From Chlamydiota bacterium (lineage in GTDB: Bacteria > Chlamydiota > Chlamydiia > Chlamydiales > Rhabdochlamydiaceae), in the NCBI GenBank assembly GCA_013286595.1, contig JABDFI010000002.1:10151-74150 (forward strand): 64,000 nucleotides of DNA, in the 5' to 3' direction. A model generated the notes under the pieces. It was not told the origin of the DNA, ran no database searches, and saw only the letters and a program-made list of their open reading frames with translations. The translations under genes were made by a program, and so were the position numbers. Of this stretch, positions 42,852 through 52,450 are shown one piece after another (position 1 is the stretch's first letter; the number at the start of each line of letters is the position of its first letter).

Positions 42852-44135
42852 ATGTCTCATATCTTAGCTGATTTTAAAACTTTTCTCGACCAATCCCCTA
42901 CATCATGGCATGCAGTGCGCGAAATTGGAAATCGACTCGCGATCTGTGAATACAGTCCTCTCAATGAAGGCGAACCCTGGAAACTCGAACAAGGGAAAAA
43001 ATACTTTGTTGCGCGAGGAGGTGCTCTATGCGCTTTTTCCATTCCTCTTAAAAAACCTGAACGAGCTCTTATTCTCGCCTCACATACGGACAGCCCTGGC
43101 CTTAAACTCAAGCCCTTACCTACTTTTCACAAAGACAACATGGTTCAATTTGGAGTAGAGCCCTATGGCGCTCCTCTATTAACTTCCTGGATCAATCGGG
43201 ATCTTGTCTTAGCTGGACGCGTGATCATCACAGATACCAATGGGGACGTCACAGAGAGATTGGTTCATCTCGATGATGCGATTCTCTTTATCCCACAACT
43301 CGCAGTTCACTTAGATCGCGATGTCAATGAAAAGGGCTTTTTGTTAAATAAACAGGAACATCTCTCTCCCATCGTCGGATTGACCGATGTTCAGGGCAAC
43401 GCATTAAGCGCACTGGAACACATTCTTAAAAGGTACATCTCATTCCAAACGCTGCTCTCTTTTGAATTATTTCTAGTTCCCCAAGAAAAAGCGAATTTCT
43501 CTGGCTATCAAAGTGAAATGATTAACTCCTACCGCTTGGATAACTTAGCCAGCGCACATGCCTCTCTTTCAGCATTGAGTACAATCACAAAGCCTAGCGC
43601 AAACGCCTTGCACATGGCCGTTTTTTGGGATCATGAAGAGATTGGTTCGAGATCTTCGGAAGGAGCATCTTGTCCTTTTCTCTCAGATACTTTGATGCGC
43701 ATCAATCATAGTTTGCATCACAATTTGGAAGATTTATTTCTCTTGAAACGGCATTCCTTTTGTGTATCGATTGACATGACACACGGTGTCAATCCCAATT
43801 ACCCACAAAAATCTGAACCCCAACATCGACCTCTACTTGGTAAAGGGGTTGTGATCAAGTACAACGCCGATCAAAAGTATGCCACCAATGCCTTATCTTC
43901 TGCAGTCATTACCAAAGCCTGTCAGATGTTGAATTTGCCTGTTCAATCTTATGTGAGCCGTTCAGACATTCCCAGTGGAAGTACAGTAGGTCCTATCATG
44001 GCGACACAACTAGGCATAAACACCGTGGATATCGGTTGCCCGCAATTATCGATGCATTCGATTCGCGAAACGATGGCCTGCCAGGATTATCTCGATCTCT
44101 ACCGTTTACTTTCTTACTTAGTCCAAGAAGCCTAA
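42852..44135 (+). CDS. M18 family (aspartyl) aminopeptidase
   Basis: SPTSWHAV, ASHTDSPGLKLKP, and DHEEIGS, typical of M18. Confidence 0.85.
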   Translation: MSHILADFKTFLDQSPTSWHAVREIGNRLAICEYSPLNEGEPWKLEQGKKYFVARGGALCAFSIPLKKPERALILASHTDSPGLKLKPLPTFHKDNMVQFGVEPYGAPLLTSWINRDLVLAGRVIITDTNGDVTERLVHLDDAILFIPQLAVHLDRDVNEKGFLLNKQEHLSPIVGLTDVQGNALSALEHILKRYISFQTLLSFELFLVPQEKANFSGYQSEMINSYRLDNLASAHASLSALSTITKPSANALHMAVFWDHEEIGSRSSEGASCPFLSDTLMRINHSLHHNLEDLFLLKRHSFCVSIDMTHGVNPNYPQKSEPQHRPLLGKGVVIKYNADQKYATNALSSAVITKACQMLNLPVQSYVSRSDIPSGSTVGPIMATQLGINTVDIGCPQLSMHSIRETMACQDYLDLYRLLSYLVQEA

Positions 44136-44136
44136 C

Positions 44137-44889
44137 ATGACACAGCATCCCCCTTCTGATCATTTCCGAGACAAATCAGTCGTTGAGCATTTGAGAGAAG
44201 CGAGGACGAGAGGGGCGATGGCTGTCCAAGAGGTTCATGGTGCAGAAATGCCAGGCCATGTGGCAGCTGGTGCAGATGCTGCTAAAGAAACCTCGATCCT
44301 GTTGCTCGTGTTATGGGTGATCATGTTTTTCTTTCCCTCTGCCAACAATTTGTTATTTTCCCTTATTGTATGTTGGGGATTTGCCATCTGGAAAACGGGA
44401 CGAAGTGCTCTTTTAGGTTGGTCGCGGATAGAGCGGTTGCACCGACTGATCGAACAAGAGCGCTGGGAGATTGAACATCATCGCGAGCAAGAGCGCAGTG
44501 AACTAGCTGAAATTTACGAAGCTAAAGGGTTCTCAGGAAAACTGCTAGAAGACGTGCTCGATGTGCTCATGGCCGATGACAACCGTCTATTAAAAGTGAT
44601 GCTCGAAGAAGAGCTCGGGTTGACGTTACAAGCTTTCGAACATCCTCTTAAACAAAGTATAGGAGCTCTTTGCGGTGTTTTAGGAGCATCGACACTGTGT
44701 CTAGTGGGCATGTTCCTTTCTCCTTTAATGGGATTACCCCTATGCGCCAGCATCACCTTGATCATCAGCACACTCCTAGCTACAAAACTCGAACGCAATC
44801 TCTTTTTTCATACCGTCATTTGGCATCTTGCCTTAGCTGCTTTAGTAGCAGGTTCGGTCTACTTCATTTCACTACTTTTCACAGGCTAA
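44137..44889 (+). CDS. VIT1/CCC1 family (iron/manganese transporter-like) membrane protein
   Basis: Cytoplasmic helical region ERSELAEIYEAKGFSGKLLEDVLDVLMADDNRLLKVMLEEELGL, flanked by TM helices. Confidence 0.7.
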   Translation: MTQHPPSDHFRDKSVVEHLREARTRGAMAVQEVHGAEMPGHVAAGADAAKETSILLLVLWVIMFFFPSANNLLFSLIVCWGFAIWKTGRSALLGWSRIERLHRLIEQERWEIEHHREQERSELAEIYEAKGFSGKLLEDVLDVLMADDNRLLKVMLEEELGLTLQAFEHPLKQSIGALCGVLGASTLCLVGMFLSPLMGLPLCASITLIISTLLATKLERNLFFHTVIWHLALAALVAGSVYFISLLFTG

Positions 44890-44890
44890 C

Positions 44891-46897
44891 ATGCCCACTC
44901 ATGCTCCCTATGTTTTTGATGAATTCTTTGCTTCAGGACAAGAAGAGAGCATCAGTCCTTTTCTGACCCCATCTTCCCGGTTCTGGAGTCATCATCTCCC
45001 CTTAAAAGTCGCCATTTTTTCTGCCCTTCTTCTACTTTTTGCCTTTATCTCTTCCTTTTTTCTCTCTCCGCTTTCACAACTATTTCTAATTTTTGTCTAT
45101 TTTCTCTCTGGAACTCCAGCTCTCTTGGGCGCTTTGGAAGACATCAAGAACATGCAGATCAACATCGATGTGCTCATGACCTTTGCAGCCTTGCTTTCCG
45201 TGATCATCGGAAGTGAGATAGAAGGAGCGCTTCTCCTTGTGCTCTTTGAATTTTCAGGCGCTTTAGAAAACATGGTAACAGCAAAAACTAAAGGCACCTT
45301 GCTGCATTTACATGAACTCTCACCTCGTTACGCCTATGTCATTGAAGAAGACCAAACACTACATGAACGCTCAGTCAAAGATATCACCTTAAATAGCTTA
45401 TTGCTCATTAAAGCGGGTGAGATCATCCCTTTAGATGGCCTAGTTGTTTCAGGAACCTCTTCTGTTAATCTGATCCACCTCACAGGTGAAAGCCATCCTA
45501 TGACTAAACAAGTAGGAGATGAGGTGCAAGCAGGCTCGCGGAATCTCGACGGCACCCTGACCATTCAAGTGACTCGCATCAGCTCCGATTCTACGTTAAA
45601 TCGCATCATCCAATTAATCACTCAGGCCCAAGAAGGCAAACCCCGGTTGGAGCGTTTTCTCGATCGCTTCAGCACATGGTACGCCATGACAATCATTGGG
45701 ATCTTTTTCTTATTGGCCTCTCTTCTTCCCTGGATCCTCTCCATTCCTGTCCTAGGTCTCGAAGGCAGCCTCTACCGCGCTCTGACATTTTTGATCGCAG
45801 CCTCCCCATGCGCACTGATCATTGCTACACCCACAGCGTATTTAAGCGCTCTTAGTGCATGTGCTCGCCAAGGTATTCTCTTAAAAGGAGGAATGATCCT
45901 CGATGCGATTGCAACGTGCAAGACCATCATCTTCGATAAAACAGGAACTCTTACAACAGGTAAACTTTCTATTGTAGGATTAGAGCCCCTAGGTGAGATC
46001 GAACCCTTTCTTAACACCAAGCGAGCACTCGCCATTGCAGCTTCTTTGGAACAGCACTCTAAGCATCCCATTGCAGAGGCAATCGTTCATCAAGCTCAAT
46101 TAGAGCAATTGCCGAAAATTCCCGTTCTAGATTTTAAATCCATAGCGGGATTTGGTTTAGAAGGACTCATTGAACTAGAAGGAAAAGCGACACCTGTTTT
46201 TATTGGTAGAGAAGAATTCATTGCCCATCAACTCCCTCCTCCTATCCACAAGATGTGGCACTCGCTTGCTTTGAAGGATCGAAGAAAGGGATACCTCAGT
46301 ACACTTTTATTGATTGGTGAGAATCTATTTATTTTCCATTTTTTAGACACCCTGCGACCAGAATCACAAGCTGTGATCACAGAGCTTCAAGAAAAAGCAG
46401 GAATGCATACTGTCATGCTCACGGGGGATTATCCCGATGTTGCTCAAGCTATCGCTCAACATGTAGGAATCAAGGAAGTCTATGCCAATTTGCGCCCGGA
46501 AGATAAACTGGCAAAGGTCTCCATGCTCTCTTCAACAGCTCATGTCATCATGATAGGAGATGGGGTGAATGATGCTCCGGCCTTAGCCCGAGCAACAGTG
46601 GGTATTTCCATGGGAAAACTAGGCAGTGCAACAGCTGTCGATGCTTCTGATGTGATCTTTTTAAACGATGATCTTTCTCAGCTGGATGGGCTGATTAAAA
46701 AAGCTCACCAGACAACTGCCATTGTGAAGCAGAACATTTCTCTTGCTTTAGGCGTCATTGTGTGCGCTACGATCCCTGCCATCCTCGGATGGGTCCCTCT
46801 TTGGATGGCGGTGATTCTTCATGAGGGAGGCACCGTGCTCGTCGGCCTCAATAGCCTTCGGTTATTAGACCTCTTTCAAAAGAGGCCTATTGACTGA
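44891..46897 (+). CDS. P1B-type heavy-metal ATPase, P1B-4-like (SPC / HEGGT signatures)
   Basis: DKTGTLT, GDGVNDAPAL, TGES. The TM motif is AASPCAL (SPC, not CPC) and the last TM has HEGGT. There is no N-terminal CxxC metal-binding domain. Confidence 0.88.
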   Translation: MPTHAPYVFDEFFASGQEESISPFLTPSSRFWSHHLPLKVAIFSALLLLFAFISSFFLSPLSQLFLIFVYFLSGTPALLGALEDIKNMQINIDVLMTFAALLSVIIGSEIEGALLLVLFEFSGALENMVTAKTKGTLLHLHELSPRYAYVIEEDQTLHERSVKDITLNSLLLIKAGEIIPLDGLVVSGTSSVNLIHLTGESHPMTKQVGDEVQAGSRNLDGTLTIQVTRISSDSTLNRIIQLITQAQEGKPRLERFLDRFSTWYAMTIIGIFFLLASLLPWILSIPVLGLEGSLYRALTFLIAASPCALIIATPTAYLSALSACARQGILLKGGMILDAIATCKTIIFDKTGTLTTGKLSIVGLEPLGEIEPFLNTKRALAIAASLEQHSKHPIAEAIVHQAQLEQLPKIPVLDFKSIAGFGLEGLIELEGKATPVFIGREEFIAHQLPPPIHKMWHSLALKDRRKGYLSTLLLIGENLFIFHFLDTLRPESQAVITELQEKAGMHTVMLTGDYPDVAQAIAQHVGIKEVYANLRPEDKLAKVSMLSSTAHVIMIGDGVNDAPALARATVGISMGKLGSATAVDASDVIFLNDDLSQLDGLIKKAHQTTAIVKQNISLALGVIVCATIPAILGWVPLWMAVILHEGGTVLVGLNSLRLLDLFQKRPID

Positions 46898-47010
46898 GGG
46901 AATTACAAACTAACGACTAAAAAGTGATTTTTTGGGGAGTCTATTTCAAAACCATCAATTCTAAGAACCTGTTCAAAATCTCTTTTTTGATGACGCTCTC
47001 AGAGAGATTT

Positions 47011-47802
47011 ATGTCCCATTCGTATCCAAGCGATATTACTCGTGAACAATTTGATATAATCAGGCCTATTTTGGAATCTGCAAGAAAATCGACACGTCCA
47101 AGAACTATTGATTTATTCGATGTTTTTTGTGCTGTTTTATATATTTTAAAAAGTGGCTGTCAATGGCGAATGCTCCCGAAAGAATTCCCCAAATGGCGTA
47201 CCTGTCACTATTATTTTAGTGTATGGTCTGAGAAAATGAATAATGAATCGGAAAGCATATTGGAAAAAGCGTTAAAAAAAAATAGTCGCGGAAATAAGGC
47301 AGAAAAATGGTCGAGAAGCAAAAACAAGCTTTATAATAGTTGATGCGCAAAGTGTAAAAAACACTGATACAGCCGAACAAAAAGGCTACGATGCTGGGAA
47401 AAAAGTATCAGGGATCAAGCGCCATATAGCTGTCGACACTCAGGGGTTACCGCACGCAGTACATATTACAACTGCTAATGTTTCTGATCGAGATGGTGCT
47501 GTAGAATTTTTTTTTGGGTCTAGAAACATTCTGTCTGAAGTGAAAAACGTGCTCGTAGATGGGGTTACACGGGAGAAAAATTTGCTGCAAGTGTGCAGAA
47601 TTTGCTGGGTTGTTCAGTGGAAGTTGCAAAACGCAGTGAATTACATACTTTCAAAGTAATTCCAAAAAGATGGGTAGTAGAACGATCTTTTTCTTGGTTA
47701 GAAAAATGTCGTAGACTTTGGAAGAATTGTGAAAGAAAACTTAATACAAGTTTAAATATGGTTGTTTTGGCTTTTGTCGTATTATTTTTGAAAAGGTTTT
47801 AA
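47011..47802 (+). pseudogene. IS5-family transposase, split across three frame segments
   Basis: orfA reads MSHSYPSDITREQFDIIRPILE...CQWRMLPKEFPKWRTCHYYF. The frame changes at the A9 tract (47274-47282) to ...IVDAQSVKNTD...GKKVSGIKRHIAVDTQGLPHAV, and changes again at GGGG (47561-47564) before ...YTGEKFAASVQ...KRWVVERSFSWLEKCRRL. Confidence 0.8.
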
Positions 47803-47820
47803 ACGTATTGTTAAGTCTGA

Positions 47821-48134
47821 AGTGTGAGCAACAAAGAAAACAAGATATTTGGTTATCGAAAAGACAGTGATCGTTGAATTGAAGTGTTGCGAAAGTTTAA
47901 TTCGTGAACATCAAGCACAGCTATTCAATTACCTAAAAGTTTCCGGGCTCCCGATTGGATTATTGATAAATTTTCGACGCCGCAAATTAGAATACCAAAG
48001 ATTGCATCAGTCCGCAGGGATTGACGGTGAAGCCAGCCCGGTTGAGGAGTCTCTACCGTTTTGAAATAACTTACGCTTTTTTATCAAGCGTATCAGGCGT
48101 ATCGGGCACATCACGTTACTTTGTTGCTCACACT
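47821..48134. repeat. Module nested inside the IS, bounded by inverted repeats
   Basis: AGTGTGAGCAACAAAG (47821-47836) is the reverse complement of CTTTGTTGCTCACACT (48119-48134). It encloses the GxxExxY fragment. Confidence 0.7.
47849..48064 (+). pseudogene. C-terminal half of a GxxExxY (PD-(D/E)XK-like) protein
   Basis: VIVELKCCESLIREHQAQLFNYLKVSGLPIGLLINF..RKLEYQR matches the conserved C-terminal block of GxxExxY proteins. The N-terminal GxxExxY half is absent, and the apparent start is TTG. Confidence 0.55.
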
Positions 48135-48362
48135 CGATCATTCAAGCCATTCTATTATTTCCAATCTCGTTATAACTCAGTTTTTGAATTTACTGAGTAT
48201 ATCAAGGAGATTTTGAACAGGTTCTTAGACAAGCTCGTTTATGGTCCCACTCAATGGGCCCATATTAAGCCAGAAGCTGAAATAGGAAACTTTTTTAGAA
48301 TCCAAATGTGAAATCAAGCGTGCCACCTTGGAATTGTGCATCAATGCTTTGATCAAGTTACG

Positions 48363-48505
48363 CAAGATGTCTATTTTGCCACCCCATCCCCGAGCCCTAC
48401 TCGCTTGGAGTATGTGCTCGAGAATGGGGCCACGGTCGCTTAAGCGGCTGACAAACTAACTCAAAATCATCGATTTTTCTGAGTCAGGGAGTTTGCAATT
48501 ACCTC
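48363..48505. repeat. Family-B element, 5'-truncated copy
   Basis: It aligns with 35618-35751 with scattered substitutions and small gaps. The left terminal repeat is missing. Confidence 0.8.
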
Positions 48506-48526
48506 TTCTCCTTTTCTTTAAACTAA

Positions 48527-49867
48527 CTAGGAACTCAACAGTAAGTACAATCCCATGCCGCCGAGATAACCAGCGATGACAGGTATACTCGCTTTTTTCA
48601 TGTAGGAAATGAAATCGATTTTTTCGATCCCCATGAGGGCAACTCCTGATGAAGATCCAACAATAAGAATGCTACCGCCAGTTCCCGCTGCATAAGCAAT
48701 CATGTGCCAGAAGGACGCATCCATCGGATACATGTCTAAAGGATACATTCCAATCGTTCCTGCAACTAAGGGAACGTTGTCGATGATGGCCGAGAAAAAC
48801 CCTATTAATGTCGCAATCATGGATTGACTTTCAACCGTTGTATTTAACCACTCAGCGACCACTTGCAATATGCCCGCAGTTTGTAAAGAGGCCACACATA
48901 ATAGAATTCCCAAAAAGAATAAGATGCCAGATGTGTCCACGCGCGTTAAAATGTGTGGTACACGTAAGTGCACTCTCTCTTCATAACGATGGTGCATGGC
49001 ATCTGTAACAATCCACAGTACAGCAAGAGCGAGAATCACTCCCATAAATGGAGGAAGACCTGTAACGGCCTTAAAGACAGGAACGAATATCAATCCTCCC
49101 ACTCCTAAGAAAAATACTAAATTTGCACCCGGTTCGATTTGAACTTTGTGTTGTTTGGGAAGATCTGTCGTGAATTTTCCTTTTGCCCTAAAGGTATACC
49201 ATACCAAAGGGATCAGCAACGAAAGAAAAGAGGGTAAAAAGAGAGACTTCATGACTGCAAGCGCGGAAATTTGACCATTGATCCACAACATGGTAGTTGT
49301 CACATCTCCAATAGGAGTCCAAGCCCCTCCGGCATTTGCGGCTATAACAACAATGCAGCAAAAAACAAAACGCTCCGTTCGTTGAGGAACTATTTTGCGC
49401 AGTAATGAAACCATTAAAATGGTCGTTGTTAAGTTATCTAAAGCAGCCGATAGAAAAAAGGTAATCATGGCCACAATCCACAATAATCCCTTCTGAGATC
49501 TACACGTGATCCGATCTGTGATAATTTGAAAACCCTTATGAGCATCGATCAATTCAACCAATGTCATGGCTCCCATCAGAAAAAAAATAATCTGGGAAAC
49601 ATCAGCAACATGATGTCCTAATTGGAGCAGATTTTCACTTGCTGGAGACAAACTGCTGTACAAGTAAATCGTCCAGCAAACAGCACCAATTAGCAACGCT
49701 ACAGCTGTCTTGTTAATTTTTATGTAATACTCTAAAACAATCGCCATATAACCAATGGAAAAAACGGCGATGATTAAAAACCAATCCCAGTTAAACATAG
49801 AATCCTTGTTAAAATCAGAGAATGGTTTTAACTGATTTTCACTAAAGAACACAAGAAAGTTTTTCAA
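48527..49867 (-). CDS. nhaD: NhaD-type Na+/H+ antiporter (ArsB/NhaD permease superfamily)
   Basis: 446-aa polytopic protein. FFLSAALDNLTTT and FFSAIIDNVP are paired motifs typical of NhaD. Confidence 0.75.
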   Translation of the reverse strand: MKNFLVFFSENQLKPFSDFNKDSMFNWDWFLIIAVFSIGYMAIVLEYYIKINKTAVALLIGAVCWTIYLYSSLSPASENLLQLGHHVADVSQIIFFLMGAMTLVELIDAHKGFQIITDRITCRSQKGLLWIVAMITFFLSAALDNLTTTILMVSLLRKIVPQRTERFVFCCIVVIAANAGGAWTPIGDVTTTMLWINGQISALAVMKSLFLPSFLSLLIPLVWYTFRAKGKFTTDLPKQHKVQIEPGANLVFFLGVGGLIFVPVFKAVTGLPPFMGVILALAVLWIVTDAMHHRYEERVHLRVPHILTRVDTSGILFFLGILLCVASLQTAGILQVVAEWLNTTVESQSMIATLIGFFSAIIDNVPLVAGTIGMYPLDMYPMDASFWHMIAYAAGTGGSILIVGSSSGVALMGIEKIDFISYMKKASIPVIAGYLGGMGLYLLLSS

Positions 49868-49870
49868 AAA

Positions 49871-50836
49871 TTAAACGCTGATTCCAGCTTGAATGATGTC
49901 GTGCATTCTGAGGATGCCGACGACTTGTTTATTTTCTAATACAGGCAAAATCATGACAAATTTTTTGGGATTTTTTTGCATGATCTTCAAAGCATCCCAT
50001 GCGAGCATGTCGCGAGATACTGAAAATGGGGTATACGTCATGAGGGAATCCAACGATTTCTGTAAAACGTCAGAACCGTGAGTTTGAAGAGCACGACGCA
50101 GGTCTCCATCCGTAAAGATTCCCAGTAAATGCCGTTCAGGAGCAACAACGAGAATCGCCCCGCATTTCTTATTGGATAATTCGACTAGCACATCAACCAA
50201 CTTATCTTCAGGCTTAGCCAAGGGAAGATCATGTAACATGACATCATCAACTGTGAGAGTCATTTTTTTTCCAATGGTTCCAGAAGGGTGATTGAGAACG
50301 TATTGAGAAAGGTCAAACTGCTTAAGACGCATTAAAGAAACAGCTAGTAAGTCTCCCCATAATAACTGAACCGTGGTCGAAGTAGTGGGGGCAAGATCAA
50401 AAGGACAGAGCTCTCTTTGCACAGGAAGGGTAATGGAAAGATCACAATTTTTACTCAAGCGAGAAGGGGAATTAGAAACAACGGCTATGAGCTTGGTAAG
50501 ACGTCTGCGAGCAAAGGGGACTAAATTAAGTAGTTCTTCTGTTTCCCCACTGCGAGAAAGGAGAATAAGGGTGTCTTTTTCCGATAGAATACCGATGTCT
50601 CCATGGAGAAAATTAGTTGGAGGTAAATAGAGCGCTTTGGTGCCTGTCGATACTAACGTCATGGCAATCTTATCTGCGATGATACCGCTTTTACCAACAC
50701 CTGTGAACACGATCAACCCTTCTGTTTTGTGACAAGCTTGAATAATGGCTTCAACTTCTTGCCTATCGAGATGGGAAAAATAATAATCGATGTACTGCTG
50801 CTGCTGGTTCAATAGCTGTTCTAACATGAGTGCCAA
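49871..50836 (-). CDS. kpsF: Arabinose-5-phosphate isomerase (SIS + tandem CBS domains)
   Basis: FTGVGKSGIIADKIAMTLVSTG (SIS) and two C-terminal CBS repeats. Confidence 0.88.
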   Translation of the reverse strand: MALMLEQLLNQQQQYIDYYFSHLDRQEVEAIIQACHKTEGLIVFTGVGKSGIIADKIAMTLVSTGTKALYLPPTNFLHGDIGILSEKDTLILLSRSGETEELLNLVPFARRRLTKLIAVVSNSPSRLSKNCDLSITLPVQRELCPFDLAPTTSTTVQLLWGDLLAVSLMRLKQFDLSQYVLNHPSGTIGKKMTLTVDDVMLHDLPLAKPEDKLVDVLVELSNKKCGAILVVAPERHLLGIFTDGDLRRALQTHGSDVLQKSLDSLMTYTPFSVSRDMLAWDALKIMQKNPKKFVMILPVLENKQVVGILRMHDIIQAGISV

Positions 50837-50971
50837 GTGGTAGTATTTAAAAAAAAAGTATTAGACAAACAGCGTCAGTATACTCTAAACGGGTTTTTTG
50901 CTTGAAGTCTTCTTATTAAAAGCTTACAACCGGGAGAGATAAACTTATATTTAACCACACAGGAGATCCTG

Positions 50972-52426
50972 ATGAGTTCTGCTCCGCTACCCATCGCTGT
51001 TGCCTATGGAGATGGAATTGGTCCTGAGATCATGGCAGCCACCTTGCATATTCTGAAAGAAGCTGGAGCGCCACTCGATCCTCAAGTGATTGAAATTGGT
51101 GAAAAAATTTTCTTAAAAGGGATTTCTACGGGAATCGATCCTTCTTCCTGGGATGTGATTAGACATACAAAAGCCTTTCTCAAGGCACCTATCACAACAC
51201 CGCAAGGAGGTGGATTTAAAAGCCTTAACGTCACGGTGCGCACCACCATGGGTCTTTACGCTAACGTTCGCCCTTGTGTCGCCTATTCCCCTTTTGTTAA
51301 GACTAAGCACCCGAACATGAATGTCGTGATTGTTCGTGAAAATGAGGAAGATCTCTATGCGGGGATTGAGTACCGGCAATCTGCTGATGTCTGTAAGTCG
51401 ATTAAGCTCATTTCCCGCCCCGGGTCTGAAAAAATCGTTCGCTACGCCTTTGAGTATGCACGCCATTATGGGCGAAAAAAAGTGACCTGTTTTTCGAAAG
51501 ACAATATCATGAAACTATCAGATGGGCTCTTTCATAAAGTTTTTGATGAGATCGCTAAAGAGTATCCAGACATCGAAAATGAGCACTGGATTGTCGATAT
51601 CGGAGCCGCGAAATTGGCAGATACGCCAGAGGTCTTTGATGTCATTGTAATGCCCAATTTATATGGGGATATTCTCTCGGATGTCGCCGCCCAAATTTCA
51701 GGTTCTGTGGGCCTGGCAGGATCTTCTAACATCGGAGACCACGGTGCTATGTTTGAGGCGATCCACGGCTCTGCTCCGCGACGCGCAGGACAAAATCTCG
51801 CCAATCCCTCGGGATTGATTTTAGCCAGTGTCCAGATGTTGCTTCACCTCGGCGAAAATCGCGTGGCCGAGAGGATTCATAATGCTTGGCTGCATACTCT
51901 GGAACAAGGAGTCCACACCTATGATATTTTCAAAGAAGGGACTAGCAAACAAAAGGTGGGAACCAAAGAGTTTGCTCAAACAGTTGTGAAATACTTAGGA
52001 GAAAAACCGCAACATCTTCCCGCAGTTTCTTACCAGACTTCTACGAAATTTGCTGCCTTGGTCCATCGCATGGTTTCTCAGGAGGTCAATCAACAGCTTG
52101 TCGGCGTGGATATTTTCGTCCAATCGCGTGAACTGGCTGAGGCGTTCATGAAGCAAGCCACATCTCATCCTTGGAAATCGCTTAAACTTTGCATGATTAG
52201 TAACCGAGGAGCTCGAATATGGCCCAATGGTCAACCTGAGACATTCTGTGTCGATCAATGGAGGTTGCGTTTCATGCACCAAGACAAGAAAAGCACCATT
52301 AAGCATGGCGATATCATCAGCTTGCAACAGGAGATGTTAACTCAAGGCTACGACATGATCGCTACAGAACATCTCTATACGTTTAATGGCGCTTCTTTCT
52401 TTTCAGGAGCAGATATACACGAATAA
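50972..52426 (+). CDS. icd: Isocitrate dehydrogenase (isocitrate/isopropylmalate dehydrogenase family, long form)
   Basis: IAVAYGDGIGPEI, NVRP, VRENEEDLY, NLYGDILSD, and a C-terminal extension of about 130 aa. Confidence 0.75.
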   Translation: MSSAPLPIAVAYGDGIGPEIMAATLHILKEAGAPLDPQVIEIGEKIFLKGISTGIDPSSWDVIRHTKAFLKAPITTPQGGGFKSLNVTVRTTMGLYANVRPCVAYSPFVKTKHPNMNVVIVRENEEDLYAGIEYRQSADVCKSIKLISRPGSEKIVRYAFEYARHYGRKKVTCFSKDNIMKLSDGLFHKVFDEIAKEYPDIENEHWIVDIGAAKLADTPEVFDVIVMPNLYGDILSDVAAQISGSVGLAGSSNIGDHGAMFEAIHGSAPRRAGQNLANPSGLILASVQMLLHLGENRVAERIHNAWLHTLEQGVHTYDIFKEGTSKQKVGTKEFAQTVVKYLGEKPQHLPAVSYQTSTKFAALVHRMVSQEVNQQLVGVDIFVQSRELAEAFMKQATSHPWKSLKLCMISNRGARIWPNGQPETFCVDQWRLRFMHQDKKSTIKHGDIISLQQEMLTQGYDMIATEHLYTFNGASFFSGADIHE

Positions 52427-52450
52427 ACTCAAAAATTGGTTTGTGTATAA

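Larger units (their letters stand above)
46960..48229 (+). mobile_element. IS5-family insertion sequence (DUF4096-type N-terminus) carrying a nested insert
   Basis: Perfect 23-bp terminal inverted repeats TCTAAGAACCTGTTCAAAATCTC (46960-46982) and GAGATTTTGAACAGGTTCTTAGA (48207-48229) enclose the transposase frames. Confidence 0.85.

Noticed and set aside
46924-47010. 29-codon N-terminal extension of the IS5 transposase orfA (start at 46924).
   Set aside because: The extension would begin outside the element and read through its left terminal inverted repeat (46960-46982). The ATG at 47011 gives the conserved MSHSYPSDITREQF-type N-terminus.
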